Of a DNA stretch of 54,987 nucleotides, positions 24,038 through 35,512 are shown in pieces. Positions within the stretch are counted from its first letter, which is position 1. Each line of letters opens with the position of its first letter. Both the position numbers and the translations under genes were made by a program. The stretch is from the NCBI GenBank assembly GCA_964645445.1, contig CAZXZX010000081.1, positions 1-54,987 on the forward strand, read 5' to 3'. Source of the DNA: an uncultured Gaiellales bacterium. GTDB taxonomy: Bacteria; Actinomycetota; Thermoleophilia; Gaiellales; Gaiellaceae. The notes below the pieces were generated by a model. The model was not told where the DNA came from and did no database searches. It was given only the letters and a program-made list of their open reading frames with translations.

Positions 24038-27000
24038 GACGGTGTCCCTGCGAGCGGCAGTTCGATGGCGAACGTGGAACCTTCCCCTTCCCTCGAGCTG
24101 ACGGAGATCTTTCCACCCATTGCGGTCACCAAGCCCCTGGCGATGAAGAGGCCGAGCCCCGTGCCGCCGGCGCCGACTCGTGCATCGGCGCCCGTGCCGC
24201 GGTAGAACTTGCGGAAGATCTGGTCCTGGTCAGAGAGCGGGATGCCGATCCCCTCGTCCTCGACGACGAGCTCGACGGTGTCGTTCTTCCGCTCGGCGCC
24301 GACTCGCACCGTCCCGCCGGCCGGCGAATAGCGCACGGCGTTGTCGAGGAGTATGGCGAACACCTGGAGGAGCTTGTCCGGATCGGCCTGCGCCGCAACC
24401 GGCTCTTCGGGGAGGTCGACGACGAACGCGCGACCGTTCGACCCTCCCGCCTGGAGCACCGCCTCGCCGACCAGCTCGCGTACGTCCGTCGGAGCGATCC
24501 GAACCTGCAGGTCGCCGGTGTCGAGGCGCGCGACGTTCAGCAGCGCGTCGACGATCTGCGTGAGCCGCTTGGACTCGGACGCGATGTAGCCGAGAAACGT
24601 CGTTCGCTCCTCTTCACCGAAGAGCACGTCCTGGCGGAGCAGCGTCTCCGCGAAGCCGTAGATCGACGTCAGCGGCGTGCGCAACTCGTGCGATACGGTG
24701 GAGACGAAGTCGGACTTCATCTGCTCGACGAGCCTGTCGGCAGAGATGTCGCGGAACGCGAAGATACGTCCTGCCACGGCACCGACGGGGTCGCGCATCA
24801 CTGCCTCGCTGACGGAGAGCCATACCTCCTCGCGCCCGCGCATGATCGGCACGAGCCGGTCCGCCGGCGGAGTCCCGGGATCTGATTCGAGGTTCCGCTG
24901 CAAGACGTCGACGGGCGTCCGCCCGAGCGCGTCCGCGGCGGGCACACCGGTGAAGTTCTCCGCCGCGGCGTTCCAGAGGACGACGGTCCCTTCGCGGTCG
25001 ACGGCGACGATACCGTCGGCGATGTTGGCGAGAATCGCGACGCTGCGCTCGCGCTCGAGCGCGACGCGCTGGTAGAGCTCTGCGTTCGCAAGCGCGGCCG
25101 AGGTGCTGGCTGCGAGTGCGTGCAGTGCGTCGATCTCCTCGTCTCGCCAGACGCGCGGCTGCGCGCAGTACACGGAAAGGACACCGCGAGGCGACCGGTC
25201 GGCGCCGGCGAGCGGCACGCCGAGATATGCGGCGTTGCCGGCCGCAAGCATCGGGTCGAGCTCGCGCAGCCGCGGATCGGAGCCGGCGTCCTCGACGGCG
25301 ACCGGCGCGCGAGACTGTACGACGTCGCCGGAGAGCCACGCACGCGCGGAGCTGCGCGAGCCGAGGGCGGCTTGCGCACCCGAACCGCCGGCGGCGCTGA
25401 CACGCAGCTCGCCGTCGTCGAGGACGCGGATCGCGCACGCGTCTGCGCCGAGCAGGCTCTGTGCCTGCTCGACCACCTCGTCGAGCACCGCTTCCGGATC
25501 GAGCTCCGTGGTGAGCAGGCGCCCGGTGCGCGTGAGTTGCTGCGCGAGCGAACGGGCACCGCGCTCGGCCTCGTACAGCTCGCTGCGCTCGAGCGCGCCC
25601 CGCGCGGCACGGGCGAGATGCTGCGCCAGCTCGAGATCGTCCTCGCTGAACGGGTGCGCCTCCTCGAAGAAGACGGCGACGAGACCACCTGCGCCGTCGC
25701 GCGGGCTCACCACCGGCACCGACAGGAATGCCTTGAAGCCCGCCTCGGCGGCGGCTGCCCGCCAGTCCTTTGCGACGCGCTCGTCCTCGGCCAGCTTGGG
25801 TGACGCGACAACGCGGCCGCTCGCCGCCGAGCGAAGAACCGCGTCCGCACCGGACGGGGTCACAGAGACGAAGACCTCGGCGAGCTCGGGAGGCAGCTTG
25901 TGGGAGCCGCTCAGCGCCAGCCCCCCGCCGGCGGGCATGAGCGCGACAGCAGCTGCACCCCCGAGCGCCTCCGATGCCGCCTGGGCGATCGCGTCTAGCG
26001 TTGCGCTGCGTGACAACGACTCGCCGAGCACGGCGGCAATCCGATAGAAGCCGCGCTGCACGCGTGCCTGCCTCGTGCTGCGACTGAACGTCTCTGCGTT
26101 GCGGAGCGCAAGCGACGCGAGGCCGGCGAACGCCTCGAGCACGTCGCTGTCACGCTTCGAGTACGGCCTCGACGCTCGCCGCCCGACGCCGAGCACGCCG
26201 CGGATCTCATCGCTCCAGCGCATGGGCGCGACGATCGCGTCGCTGAATCCTGCGTAGAGGGGATGCGGTACCTCGTCGGCGACGCTGCCGTACTCGGTCG
26301 CGATCAGCGGTCGGCCCTCGCGGATCGCGAGACCGGACAGTCCGCGATCGGCCGCGAACTCGAACCCGACGAGGGACTCGTCGAGACCGTGCACCGCTGC
26401 GCACCGCAGCACGCCCCGGTCGCGGTCGTACAGATAGCAGTCCGACGCGTCGGCCTGGAGGAGCGCTGCGACCTCGTCGGCGAGCCGTTGCAGCACGGCC
26501 GTCAGCTCGAGCTCGCCGCTCACCACCTCGGCCGCGCGCATGAGCGCAGAGCGCTCGCCGAGGCGCTCGCGATTCTCGTCGATCAGGTGCGCCAGGCGAA
26601 GCGCGAGCCCGACCTCGACCGCGATCCCCTCCAGCAGCGCGAGATCGGCCTGCGTCCATACTCCCGGGTCCCCGCGGTGCGCCGTGAGCACGCCGAGCTG
26701 CGGGCCGTCGGCGCGGACAGGCGTCGACGCAGCCGACCTGACGCCGAGCGCTCGAAGGCTGCGGAGATCGTCTCCGGCGAGCTCGGGGGCATCGTCGAGA
26801 TCGGCGATCGCGACGGTGCGTTGCTCGGTCGCCGCGATGCTCGATACCGGGAGATGGTCATCGGCGGCGGACATCCGGCCCACGCCGTCCGCCGCCCACT
26901 CGGCGACAATCGGCCGCGACCGGTCTGCGTCGACTCGTACGAAGCAGCGATTCGCACCGAGGGCCCGAGCCGCCTCCGCGACGGCGGTTTGCAACGCACC

Positions 27001-27753
27001 CGCGAGATCGAGCTCGGTCCGGAGACGGCGTCCGATCGACATGACGAGGCGTTCGCGGTCGAGTGCGGCCGCGAGGGCGATCGCAGACCGCGCTCGCTCG
27101 AGCGCGATCGTCGCCTCGGAGGCGAGTGTTTGCATCAGTGTCAGCTCGTCTGGCGAAAACGCCCGCCTCTCGTTCGTCGTCGCGACGGAGATGACTGCGA
27201 TCACGCGGTCCGAGCTGATCAGCGGGATGTACGCGGCGCTCTTGGCACCTGTTGCCTCCGCGAGGCTCCGGCTGAGACGCGCGTCGGCGACGTCCTCGAC
27301 GGCGAACGCTCGCGTCTCCCGAGCGGCGGTCGCGATGCCGGACGGCTCGCGCTCCAGATCGACGTGCACGTGCCGCCACCACGCGACGTCCTCGCCGTCC
27401 GAGCGTGCGAGGTAGCCCGACGCCTCACGACCGTCTTCGGAGATGAAAGACAGCGCGGCGAAGTCCACTGCGAAGAGGCCGCCGATCTCGTCGAGAAGCG
27501 CACGCGCGACGCCCTCGATGTCCGGGGTTCGCGCGAGCTCGGCGGCGACGCGTCGAAGGCTTGCCCGTTCGCGCTCGCTCACCGCGATGACCGCTCGCTG
27601 GCGCCGCGCCGACCTGATCCGGAATGCGGTGCCGACGAGCAGCCCGATGAGCAGCGCACCGACGATCGCGGCGACGGTGTTCCACGCCACGCCGAGACCG
27701 AGAAGGCCAGTGACCTGCGAGTCGACTGTCGACATACCGGGCGGCGAGATCAT
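24034..27753 (-). CDS. Membrane-anchored multi-GAF / PAS sensor histidine kinase
   Basis: After one TM segment (GLLGLGVAWNTVAAIVGALLIGLLVG) I count five GAF-like repeats. These are followed by a PAS domain (ILANIADGIVAVDREGTVVLWNAAAENFTGV), HisKA (FVSTVSHELRTPLTSIYGF) and HATPase_c (LLDNAVRYSP…DEGIGIP…GTGLGLFI). The start is ATG 27753 or 27735. The track ORF start (27939) lies in lower-GC spacer. Confidence 0.9.
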   Translation of the reverse strand: MISPPGMSTVDSQVTGLLGLGVAWNTVAAIVGALLIGLLVGTAFRIRSARRQRAVIAVSERERASLRRVAAELARTPDIEGVARALLDEIGGLFAVDFAALSFISEDGREASGYLARSDGEDVAWWRHVHVDLEREPSGIATAARETRAFAVEDVADARLSRSLAEATGAKSAAYIPLISSDRVIAVISVATTNERRAFSPDELTLMQTLASEATIALERARSAIALAAALDRERLVMSIGRRLRTELDLAGALQTAVAEAARALGANRCFVRVDADRSRPIVAEWAADGVGRMSAADDHLPVSSIAATEQRTVAIADLDDAPELAGDDLRSLRALGVRSAASTPVRADGPQLGVLTAHRGDPGVWTQADLALLEGIAVEVGLALRLAHLIDENRERLGERSALMRAAEVVSGELELTAVLQRLADEVAALLQADASDCYLYDRDRGVLRCAAVHGLDESLVGFEFAADRGLSGLAIREGRPLIATEYGSVADEVPHPLYAGFSDAIVAPMRWSDEIRGVLGVGRRASRPYSKRDSDVLEAFAGLASLALRNAETFSRSTRQARVQRGFYRIAAVLGESLSRSATLDAIAQAASEALGGAAAVALMPAGGGLALSGSHKLPPELAEVFVSVTPSGADAVLRSAASGRVVASPKLAEDERVAKDWRAAAAEAGFKAFLSVPVVSPRDGAGGLVAVFFEEAHPFSEDDLELAQHLARAARGALERSELYEAERGARSLAQQLTRTGRLLTTELDPEAVLDEVVEQAQSLLGADACAIRVLDDGELRVSAAGGSGAQAALGSRSSARAWLSGDVVQSRAPVAVEDAGSDPRLRELDPMLAAGNAAYLGVPLAGADRSPRGVLSVYCAQPRVWRDEEIDALHALAASTSAALANAELYQRVALERERSVAILANIADGIVAVDREGTVVLWNAAAENFTGVPAADALGRTPVDVLQRNLESDPGTPPADRLVPIMRGREEVWLSVSEAVMRDPVGAVAGRIFAFRDISADRLVEQMKSDFVSTVSHELRTPLTSIYGFAETLLRQDVLFGEEERTTFLGYIASESKRLTQIVDALLNVARLDTGDLQVRIAPTDVRELVGEAVLQAGGSNGRAFVVDLPEEPVAAQADPDKLLQVFAILLDNAVRYSPAGGTVRVGAERKNDTVELVVEDEGIGIPLSDQDQIFRKFYRGTGADARVGAGGTGLGLFIARGLVTAMGGKISVSSREGEGSTFAIELPLAGTPS

Positions 27754-27926
27754 ACGGGTCGCTGAAACGGGGCGAAAGCCGTTTTCCGCCGAGAGAACAT
27801 GATCCTCATCCGTTGTAAAGATGGGCCGTCCGGCCCATTGTCGGGGCTTCGGCGCCCCAGTACGGTCACAGCACTGGGCGATGCACACTGCGGCGTGCGT
27901 TTGCAGTCGTGGTGGGCAACTTGGGA

Positions 27927-27971
27927 GAGCCCGCCGCACCGACCCCCCCGAGCGGCGGGCTCACCCTTTTT
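27927..27971 (+). terminator. Orphan intrinsic-terminator-like hairpin with C-rich loop and T5 tract
   Basis: GAGCCCGCCGC-ACCGACCCCCCCGA-GCGGCGGGCTC (11-bp perfect stem, 27927-27962), followed by ACCCTTTTT (T5 at 27967-27971). No CDS ends upstream of it on the plus strand. Confidence 0.4.
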
Positions 27972-28123
27972 CCGGGCGAACGTGCTGCGCGCTACCGCCC
28001 GTCGGAGGTTCCCGCTTCGCGGGAGCGGAGCCGGGGCCGATCCCGCCTTCCTCACTCGGGCACTCTCTCCCAGCTGTTCTTAACCCCACGCTCATCGACC
28101 CCGGCTACCCTCGTGATGCTTTG

Positions 28124-29065
28124 GTGAAGCGGGTCCTCCTGGCCTCTCCGCGGGGCTATTGCGCGGGTGTCGAGCGGGCGGTCGAGACGGTCGAGCGAGC
28201 CCTCGCCCTGTACGGGGCGCCCGTCTACGTGCGCAAGCAGATCGTCCACAATTCGCACGTCGTCCGCGAGCTCGAGGCAGGTGGCGCCGTCTTCGTCGAC
28301 TCCGTCACCGATGTGCCCGAAGGAGCCCCCCTCGTCTTCTCCGCGCACGGGGTCGCGCCGGCCGTCCGCCATGCGGCGGCGGAACGCGGACTGACGACGA
28401 TCGACGCCACGTGCCCGCTCGTCACGAAGGTGCACACACAGGCCCGCCGGTACGCGGAGCAGGGCTACCGGATCGTGCTCATCGGCCACGCAGGCCACGA
28501 GGAGGTCGAGGGCACGACCGGCGAGGCGCCCGACGCGACCACGCTCGTCGAGTCGGTCGAGGACGCCGAGCGCCTCGAGAGCGACGGCGCGCGGATGGCA
28601 TACATCACGCAGACCACGCTCTCGGTGGACGAGACGCGCGAGATCATCGAGGTGCTGCGCCGCCGGTTCCCCCACATCCAGGGACCCGCGCGCGAAGACA
28701 TCTGTTACGCGACGTCGAACCGGCAATGGGCGGTGAAGGAGCTACTCGGCGAGGTCGACCTGCTGCTCGTCGTCGGCTCTCGGAACTCGTCGAACTCGCT
28801 GCGGCTCGTCGAGGTCGCACGCGCGGCGGGCGTCGACGCGCATCTCGTCGACGACGCCTCGGAGATCGACGAGAGCTGGCTCGCCGGTGTCGAGGTCGTG
28901 GGCGTCACGTCGGGCGCGTCCGCGCCCGAGCGGCTCGTCCACGGCGTGTGCGATTGGTTCCGCGCACATGGCGTGCGCGACATCGGCGAGTTCCGGTCGG
29001 CGTTCGAGGACGTCACGTTCCGCCTGCCCGTCGAGCTCCGCCGTGCCGGGCGGTCCGCCGCGTAG
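28124..29065 (+). CDS. ispH: 4-hydroxy-3-methylbut-2-enyl diphosphate reductase
   Basis: GTG at 28124 gives VKRVLLASPRGYCAGVERAVETVERALALYGAPVYVRKQIVHNSHVV…IGHAGHEEVEGT…NSSNS…, the canonical IspH sequence. Confidence 0.92.
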   Translation: MKRVLLASPRGYCAGVERAVETVERALALYGAPVYVRKQIVHNSHVVRELEAGGAVFVDSVTDVPEGAPLVFSAHGVAPAVRHAAAERGLTTIDATCPLVTKVHTQARRYAEQGYRIVLIGHAGHEEVEGTTGEAPDATTLVESVEDAERLESDGARMAYITQTTLSVDETREIIEVLRRRFPHIQGPAREDICYATSNRQWAVKELLGEVDLLLVVGSRNSSNSLRLVEVARAAGVDAHLVDDASEIDESWLAGVEVVGVTSGASAPERLVHGVCDWFRAHGVRDIGEFRSAFEDVTFRLPVELRRAGRSAA

Positions 29066-29071
29066 CGGCCC

Positions 29072-32119
<3,048 letters not shown>

Positions 32120-32130
32120 CGGGAAGCGAA

Positions 32131-32159
32131 GTCTAGAGAGCGACGTTCTATCTCTAGAC
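32131..32159. promoter_or_regulatory. Perfect 9-bp inverted repeat (candidate operator) in the ileS/trxA divergent spacer
   Basis: GTCTAGAGA-(11 nt)-TCTCTAGAC. It is conspicuously AT-rich for this genome and is centred in the 64-bp gap between ileS (start 32119, minus strand) and trxA (start 32184, plus strand). Confidence 0.4.
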
Positions 32160-32183
32160 GGACCGAACACTGAAAGGACTGAA

Positions 32184-32495
32184 ATGGCTCATGACGTGAC
32201 CGACTCGACCTTCGAGAACGAGGTGCTCCAAAGCTCGGAGCCCGTGCTCGTCGACTTCTGGGCGGAGTGGTGCGGCCCCTGCCACGCCGTCTCCCCGGTG
32301 CTCGAGCGCATCTCGGAGGAGCGGAACCTCAAGCTCGTCAAGGTGAACATCGACGAGAACCAGAACCTCGCGATGCGGTACGGGATCCAGTCGATCCCGA
32401 ACATGATCCTCTTCGAGAACGGGCAGCCGAAGGCGAACGCCATCGGCGCCATGCCGAAGGGGATGCTCGAGAAGCAGCTGGGACTGGCCGAGTAG
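32184..32495 (+). CDS. trxA: Thioredoxin
   Basis: 103 aa with VLVDFWAEWCGPCHAVSPVLE (WCGPC) and IQSIPNMILF. Confidence 0.95.
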   Translation: MAHDVTDSTFENEVLQSSEPVLVDFWAEWCGPCHAVSPVLERISEERNLKLVKVNIDENQNLAMRYGIQSIPNMILFENGQPKANAIGAMPKGMLEKQLGLAE

Positions 32496-32502
32496 TCGCG
32501 GA

Positions 32503-32534
32503 GGGTGTCAGGCACCGGACGGTGTCTGACACCC
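32503..32534. terminator. Very stable bidirectional hairpin between trxA and the convergent small ORF
   Basis: GGGTGTCAGGCACC-GGAC-GGTGTCTGACACCC forms 14 continuous pairs including one G-U. It starts 8 nt after the trxA stop. Confidence 0.5.
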
Positions 32535-32538
32535 CGCG

Positions 32539-32724
32539 TCAGCTGTCGGCGTGACCCTCGAGGAAGCTGAGGAAGGCTGCGTGCTTGGAGAGGAAGTCCT
32601 CGATCTCGGCGACGCCCGCCCCGGCCCAATCCTCGAGCCAGGTCTCGGCGAGGTCGTCCTCGATGCGATGGAGGCCGCGTTCGCTCATGCGGGGATGATC
32701 GACCTGATGTCGGATGGCCGCCAT
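32539..32724 (-). CDS. Hypothetical small acidic protein (61 aa; start may be the internal ATG at 32688)
   Basis: Strong third-position GC bias. The product is MAAIRHQVDHPRMSERGLHRIEDDLAETWLEDWAGAGVAEIEDFLSKHAAFLSFLEGHADS. I recognise no family. Confidence 0.45.
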   Translation of the reverse strand: MAAIRHQVDHPRMSERGLHRIEDDLAETWLEDWAGAGVAEIEDFLSKHAAFLSFLEGHADS

Positions 32725-32777
32725 GGGCCGATCGGCTCAACTTCGCGGCCGCAGAGGCCCACGGGCACAATCGAGCG

Positions 32778-33146
32778 GTGCCCAGGTCCTCCGCCACCCA
32801 GCACGAGCTGAACCGCGTCGAGCTTCTGGCCGGCCTGCCGGGAGAGACGCTCGCGCGGCTGGCGAAGGGGATGGAGCGGGAAGAGGTCGCCCCCGGGACG
32901 GTGATCGTCCGCGAGGGCGAGCCCGGCGACCGCTTCTACGTCCTTTTCTCGGGGATGCTCTCGGTCAGCCAGGCGAGCCTGGGCAACCGCAACGTCCTCC
33001 GGCCCGGCGACTACTTCGGCGAGGTGGCGCTCGCGATGGGCATGCCGCGCACCGCGACGGTTGCCGCGATCACCCCGGCGGTGGTCGCGAGCTGCGACCG
33101 CGAGACGTTCGACGAGCTCCTACGCCCGCTGTTCGCGGAGGACTGA
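32778..33146 (+). CDS. Stand-alone cyclic-nucleotide-binding domain protein
   Basis: LLAGLPGETLARLAKGMEREEVAPGTVIVREGEPGDRFYVLFSGMLSV…GDYFGEVALAMGMPRTATVAA is a cNMP-binding fold with no attached effector domain. The start is GTG. Confidence 0.8.
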   Translation: MPRSSATQHELNRVELLAGLPGETLARLAKGMEREEVAPGTVIVREGEPGDRFYVLFSGMLSVSQASLGNRNVLRPGDYFGEVALAMGMPRTATVAAITPAVVASCDRETFDELLRPLFAED

Positions 33147-33929
33147 GTCGGAGAGCGCCGGCCAGGCGTCCTTCGCCCACTCGCCGAACTCCTTGTCGGT
33201 GAGGACGCCGAGCGCGAGGCCCGCGTCGGGATCGATCCACAGGAACGTCCCCGCCGCGCCGAAATGCCCGAAGGTCCGCGGCGACGCGAGCGCGCCCGTC
33301 CAGTGCGGCGTCTTCGCGTCGCGCAACTCGAATGCGAGGCCCCAGTCGTTGGGATCCATCCGGCCCCAGCCCGGCAGCACGCCGGCCAGGCCGGGAACCT
33401 GCACCGAGGTCGCCTCCGCGACCGTCTCGGGCGCGACGAGCGTCGGCGCGAGCAGCTCGCGCCCGAGTGCGAGCAGGTCGTTGAGCGGGCCGCGGTAACC
33501 CCAGGCGGGCGAGCCGTGCAACGCGCCTGCGAGGCCGAGCGGCGAGGCGACGGCATGGTCGAAGTACTGGGCGAACTCCATCCCCGCGCGCTCGGCGACG
33601 CGCGCGGCCGCGAGCTCGATCCCGTAGTTCGAATAGATACGCCGCTTGCCCGGCTGCATGAGCGGCGGCCCCTCCTCCGGCGGCAACCCCGACGCATGCG
33701 CGAGCAGATGGCGCAGGGTCGATCCCTCGGGGCCGGCGGGCTCGTCGAGCTCGACCGCCCCCTCCTCGACTGCGACGAGCGCCGCGAGCCCCGTCAGGAG
33801 CTTCGTCACCGATGCCCACCGGAGCTCCTCGTCACGCGGCCCGCGTACGACGTGCCCGCCGTCTGCGCGGACGACGCCGGCCGCCGCCGTCCGCGCGCCC
33901 CAGGAATCGACGGCCGCGAGCGCGTCCAC
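33120..33929 (-). CDS. Serine hydrolase, beta-lactamase/transpeptidase-like family
   Basis: RWASVTKLLTGLAAL (SxxK nucleophile motif) and YSNYG (YxN). The product is 269 aa. Confidence 0.85.
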   Translation of the reverse strand: MDALAAVDSWGARTAAAGVVRADGGHVVRGPRDEELRWASVTKLLTGLAALVAVEEGAVELDEPAGPEGSTLRHLLAHASGLPPEEGPPLMQPGKRRIYSNYGIELAAARVAERAGMEFAQYFDHAVASPLGLAGALHGSPAWGYRGPLNDLLALGRELLAPTLVAPETVAEATSVQVPGLAGVLPGWGRMDPNDWGLAFELRDAKTPHWTGALASPRTFGHFGAAGTFLWIDPDAGLALGVLTDKEFGEWAKDAWPALSDSVLREQRA

Positions 33930-33946
33930 GAAGCGATACTAGGTGG

Positions 33947-34318
33947 ATGGGCAGGCAGTTCGTCCCCGCCGTCTCGCCGCAGGCGGCAACGGTCGGCTAC
34001 TCCCGCGCGGTACGCGACGGCCGCCACGTCCATGTCGCAGGAACGGCGCCCATCGGGATCGACTCCGCCGATCCGTACGACCAGGGGAGGCGCTGCCTCG
34101 AGATCATCACCGACGCGCTCGCCGAGCTCGGCGCCGCGCCCGAGCACGTCGTGCGGACACGGGTCTACCTCATCGACGCCGCCGACTGGGAGGAGGTCGG
34201 GCGCGCCCACAGCGAGGTCTTCGGCGCGACCAAGCCCGTGACGGCGTTCGTCGTGGTCGCGGGCCTTCTCGACCCCGCCTGGCGCGTCGAGATCGAGGCC
34301 GAGGCGCTCTTGCCGTGA
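33947..34318 (+). CDS. RidA/YjgF/TdcF family reactive-intermediate deaminase-like protein
   Basis: ATG at 33947 after AGGTGG. YSRAVRDGRHVHVAGT…DQGRRCLEIITDALAELGAAPEHVVRTRVYL…AFVVVAGLLDPAWRVEIEAEA is the typical RidA fold signature. Confidence 0.85.
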   Translation: MGRQFVPAVSPQAATVGYSRAVRDGRHVHVAGTAPIGIDSADPYDQGRRCLEIITDALAELGAAPEHVVRTRVYLIDAADWEEVGRAHSEVFGATKPVTAFVVVAGLLDPAWRVEIEAEALLP

Positions 34319-35508
34319 CGCAGCTCATCCCTCCGAGCATCACCGGGAAGGGCAGCCGCTACGCCGAGGGCGGGAGCGTCCTCGACCACGCCTTCGGCAA
34401 GAGCGACCGGTACACGCTCGGCGTCGAGGAGGAGTACATGCTCCTCGACGGCGAGTCGTTCGACCTCGTGCAGCACATCGACACGGTGCTCGCCGACGTC
34501 GCCGGGCACGAGCTCGAGACGCGGATCAATGCGGAGCTCATGCAGTCGGTGCTCGAGGTGGCGACGCCCGTCTGCCACACCGCCGCTGACGTCACGGCGC
34601 AGCTGCGGACGCTGCGCGGCTACGTCGGTGAGGTCGCGCGCGAGCGCGGGATGCGCGTCGGATCGGCGGGGACGCACCCGTTCTCGCTCTTCGAGCGGCA
34701 GCGCATCACCGCGAAGGACCGGTATCGCGCGCTCGTCGACCAGCTGCAGTACATCGCGCGGCGTGAGCTCATCTTCGGGATGCACGTCCACGTAGCCGTC
34801 GACGATCCGGAAAAGGCGATCCAGGTGGTCAACGGCCTCATCGGGCACCTCGCGGAGCTGGTCGCGCTCTCGGCGAGCTCGCCGTTCTGGCGCGGCGAGG
34901 CAACCGGCCTGCATTCGTCGCGGCACATGGTCTTCGCCGCGTTTCCGCGCTCGGGACCTCCGCCGCGCTTCCGCGACTACGCCGACTACGCCGAGGTCGT
35001 CGGCCAGCTCGAACGCACCGGTTGCATCGCGGACTACACGCACATCTGGTGGGACATCCGGCTCCACCCCCGCCTCGGGACGATCGAGATCCGCATCTGC
35101 GACGCGGTGACGCGACTCGACGACGCGGTCGCCATCACCGCGTTCTGCCAGGCGCTCGTGAAGCACTACAGCGAGCGCTTCGACAGCGGCGAGGAGATCC
35201 CGTCGTTCCACCGGATCCTCACGACGGAGAACAAGTGGCTCGCAGCACGCTACGGGCTTGCCGCGCCGGTGATGGATCTGCATACAGGTCGCCGGAACCG
35301 TATGCCGGTGGCACAGGCGATCAGGCGCACGCTCAAGCTCATCGAGCCGCACGCGCGCGAGCTCGGTTCCGACCGCGAGCTTTTCGGCGTGGAGGACATC
35401 CTCCGACGCGGGTCGAGCGCCGACGCGCAGCTGCGAGTCTTCAATGCGAACCGCGACATCGTCGAAGTCGTCCGGGAGATCGCCGCGGCGACCGAGGACA
35501 TAAGCTGA
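34315..35508 (+). CDS. Carboxylate-amine ligase, glutamate--cysteine ligase family 2 (YbdK-like)
   Basis: GTG overlaps the ridA stop (GTGA). TLGVEEEYMLLD…ELMQSVLEVATPVC…GTHPF…GMHVHVAV…SSPFW…WWDIRLHPRLGTIEIRICD is the GCS2 signature. Confidence 0.9.
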   Translation: MTQLIPPSITGKGSRYAEGGSVLDHAFGKSDRYTLGVEEEYMLLDGESFDLVQHIDTVLADVAGHELETRINAELMQSVLEVATPVCHTAADVTAQLRTLRGYVGEVARERGMRVGSAGTHPFSLFERQRITAKDRYRALVDQLQYIARRELIFGMHVHVAVDDPEKAIQVVNGLIGHLAELVALSASSPFWRGEATGLHSSRHMVFAAFPRSGPPPRFRDYADYAEVVGQLERTGCIADYTHIWWDIRLHPRLGTIEIRICDAVTRLDDAVAITAFCQALVKHYSERFDSGEEIPSFHRILTTENKWLAARYGLAAPVMDLHTGRRNRMPVAQAIRRTLKLIEPHARELGSDRELFGVEDILRRGSSADAQLRVFNANRDIVEVVREIAAATEDIS

Positions 35509-35512
35509 CGCC

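Noticed and set aside
32120-32183. T-box leader upstream of ileS, which is common in Actinomycetota.
   Set aside because: Only 64 bp separate the ileS start from the divergent trxA start. No specifier hairpin or T-box antiterminator sequence (…TGGTACCGCG-like) is present.
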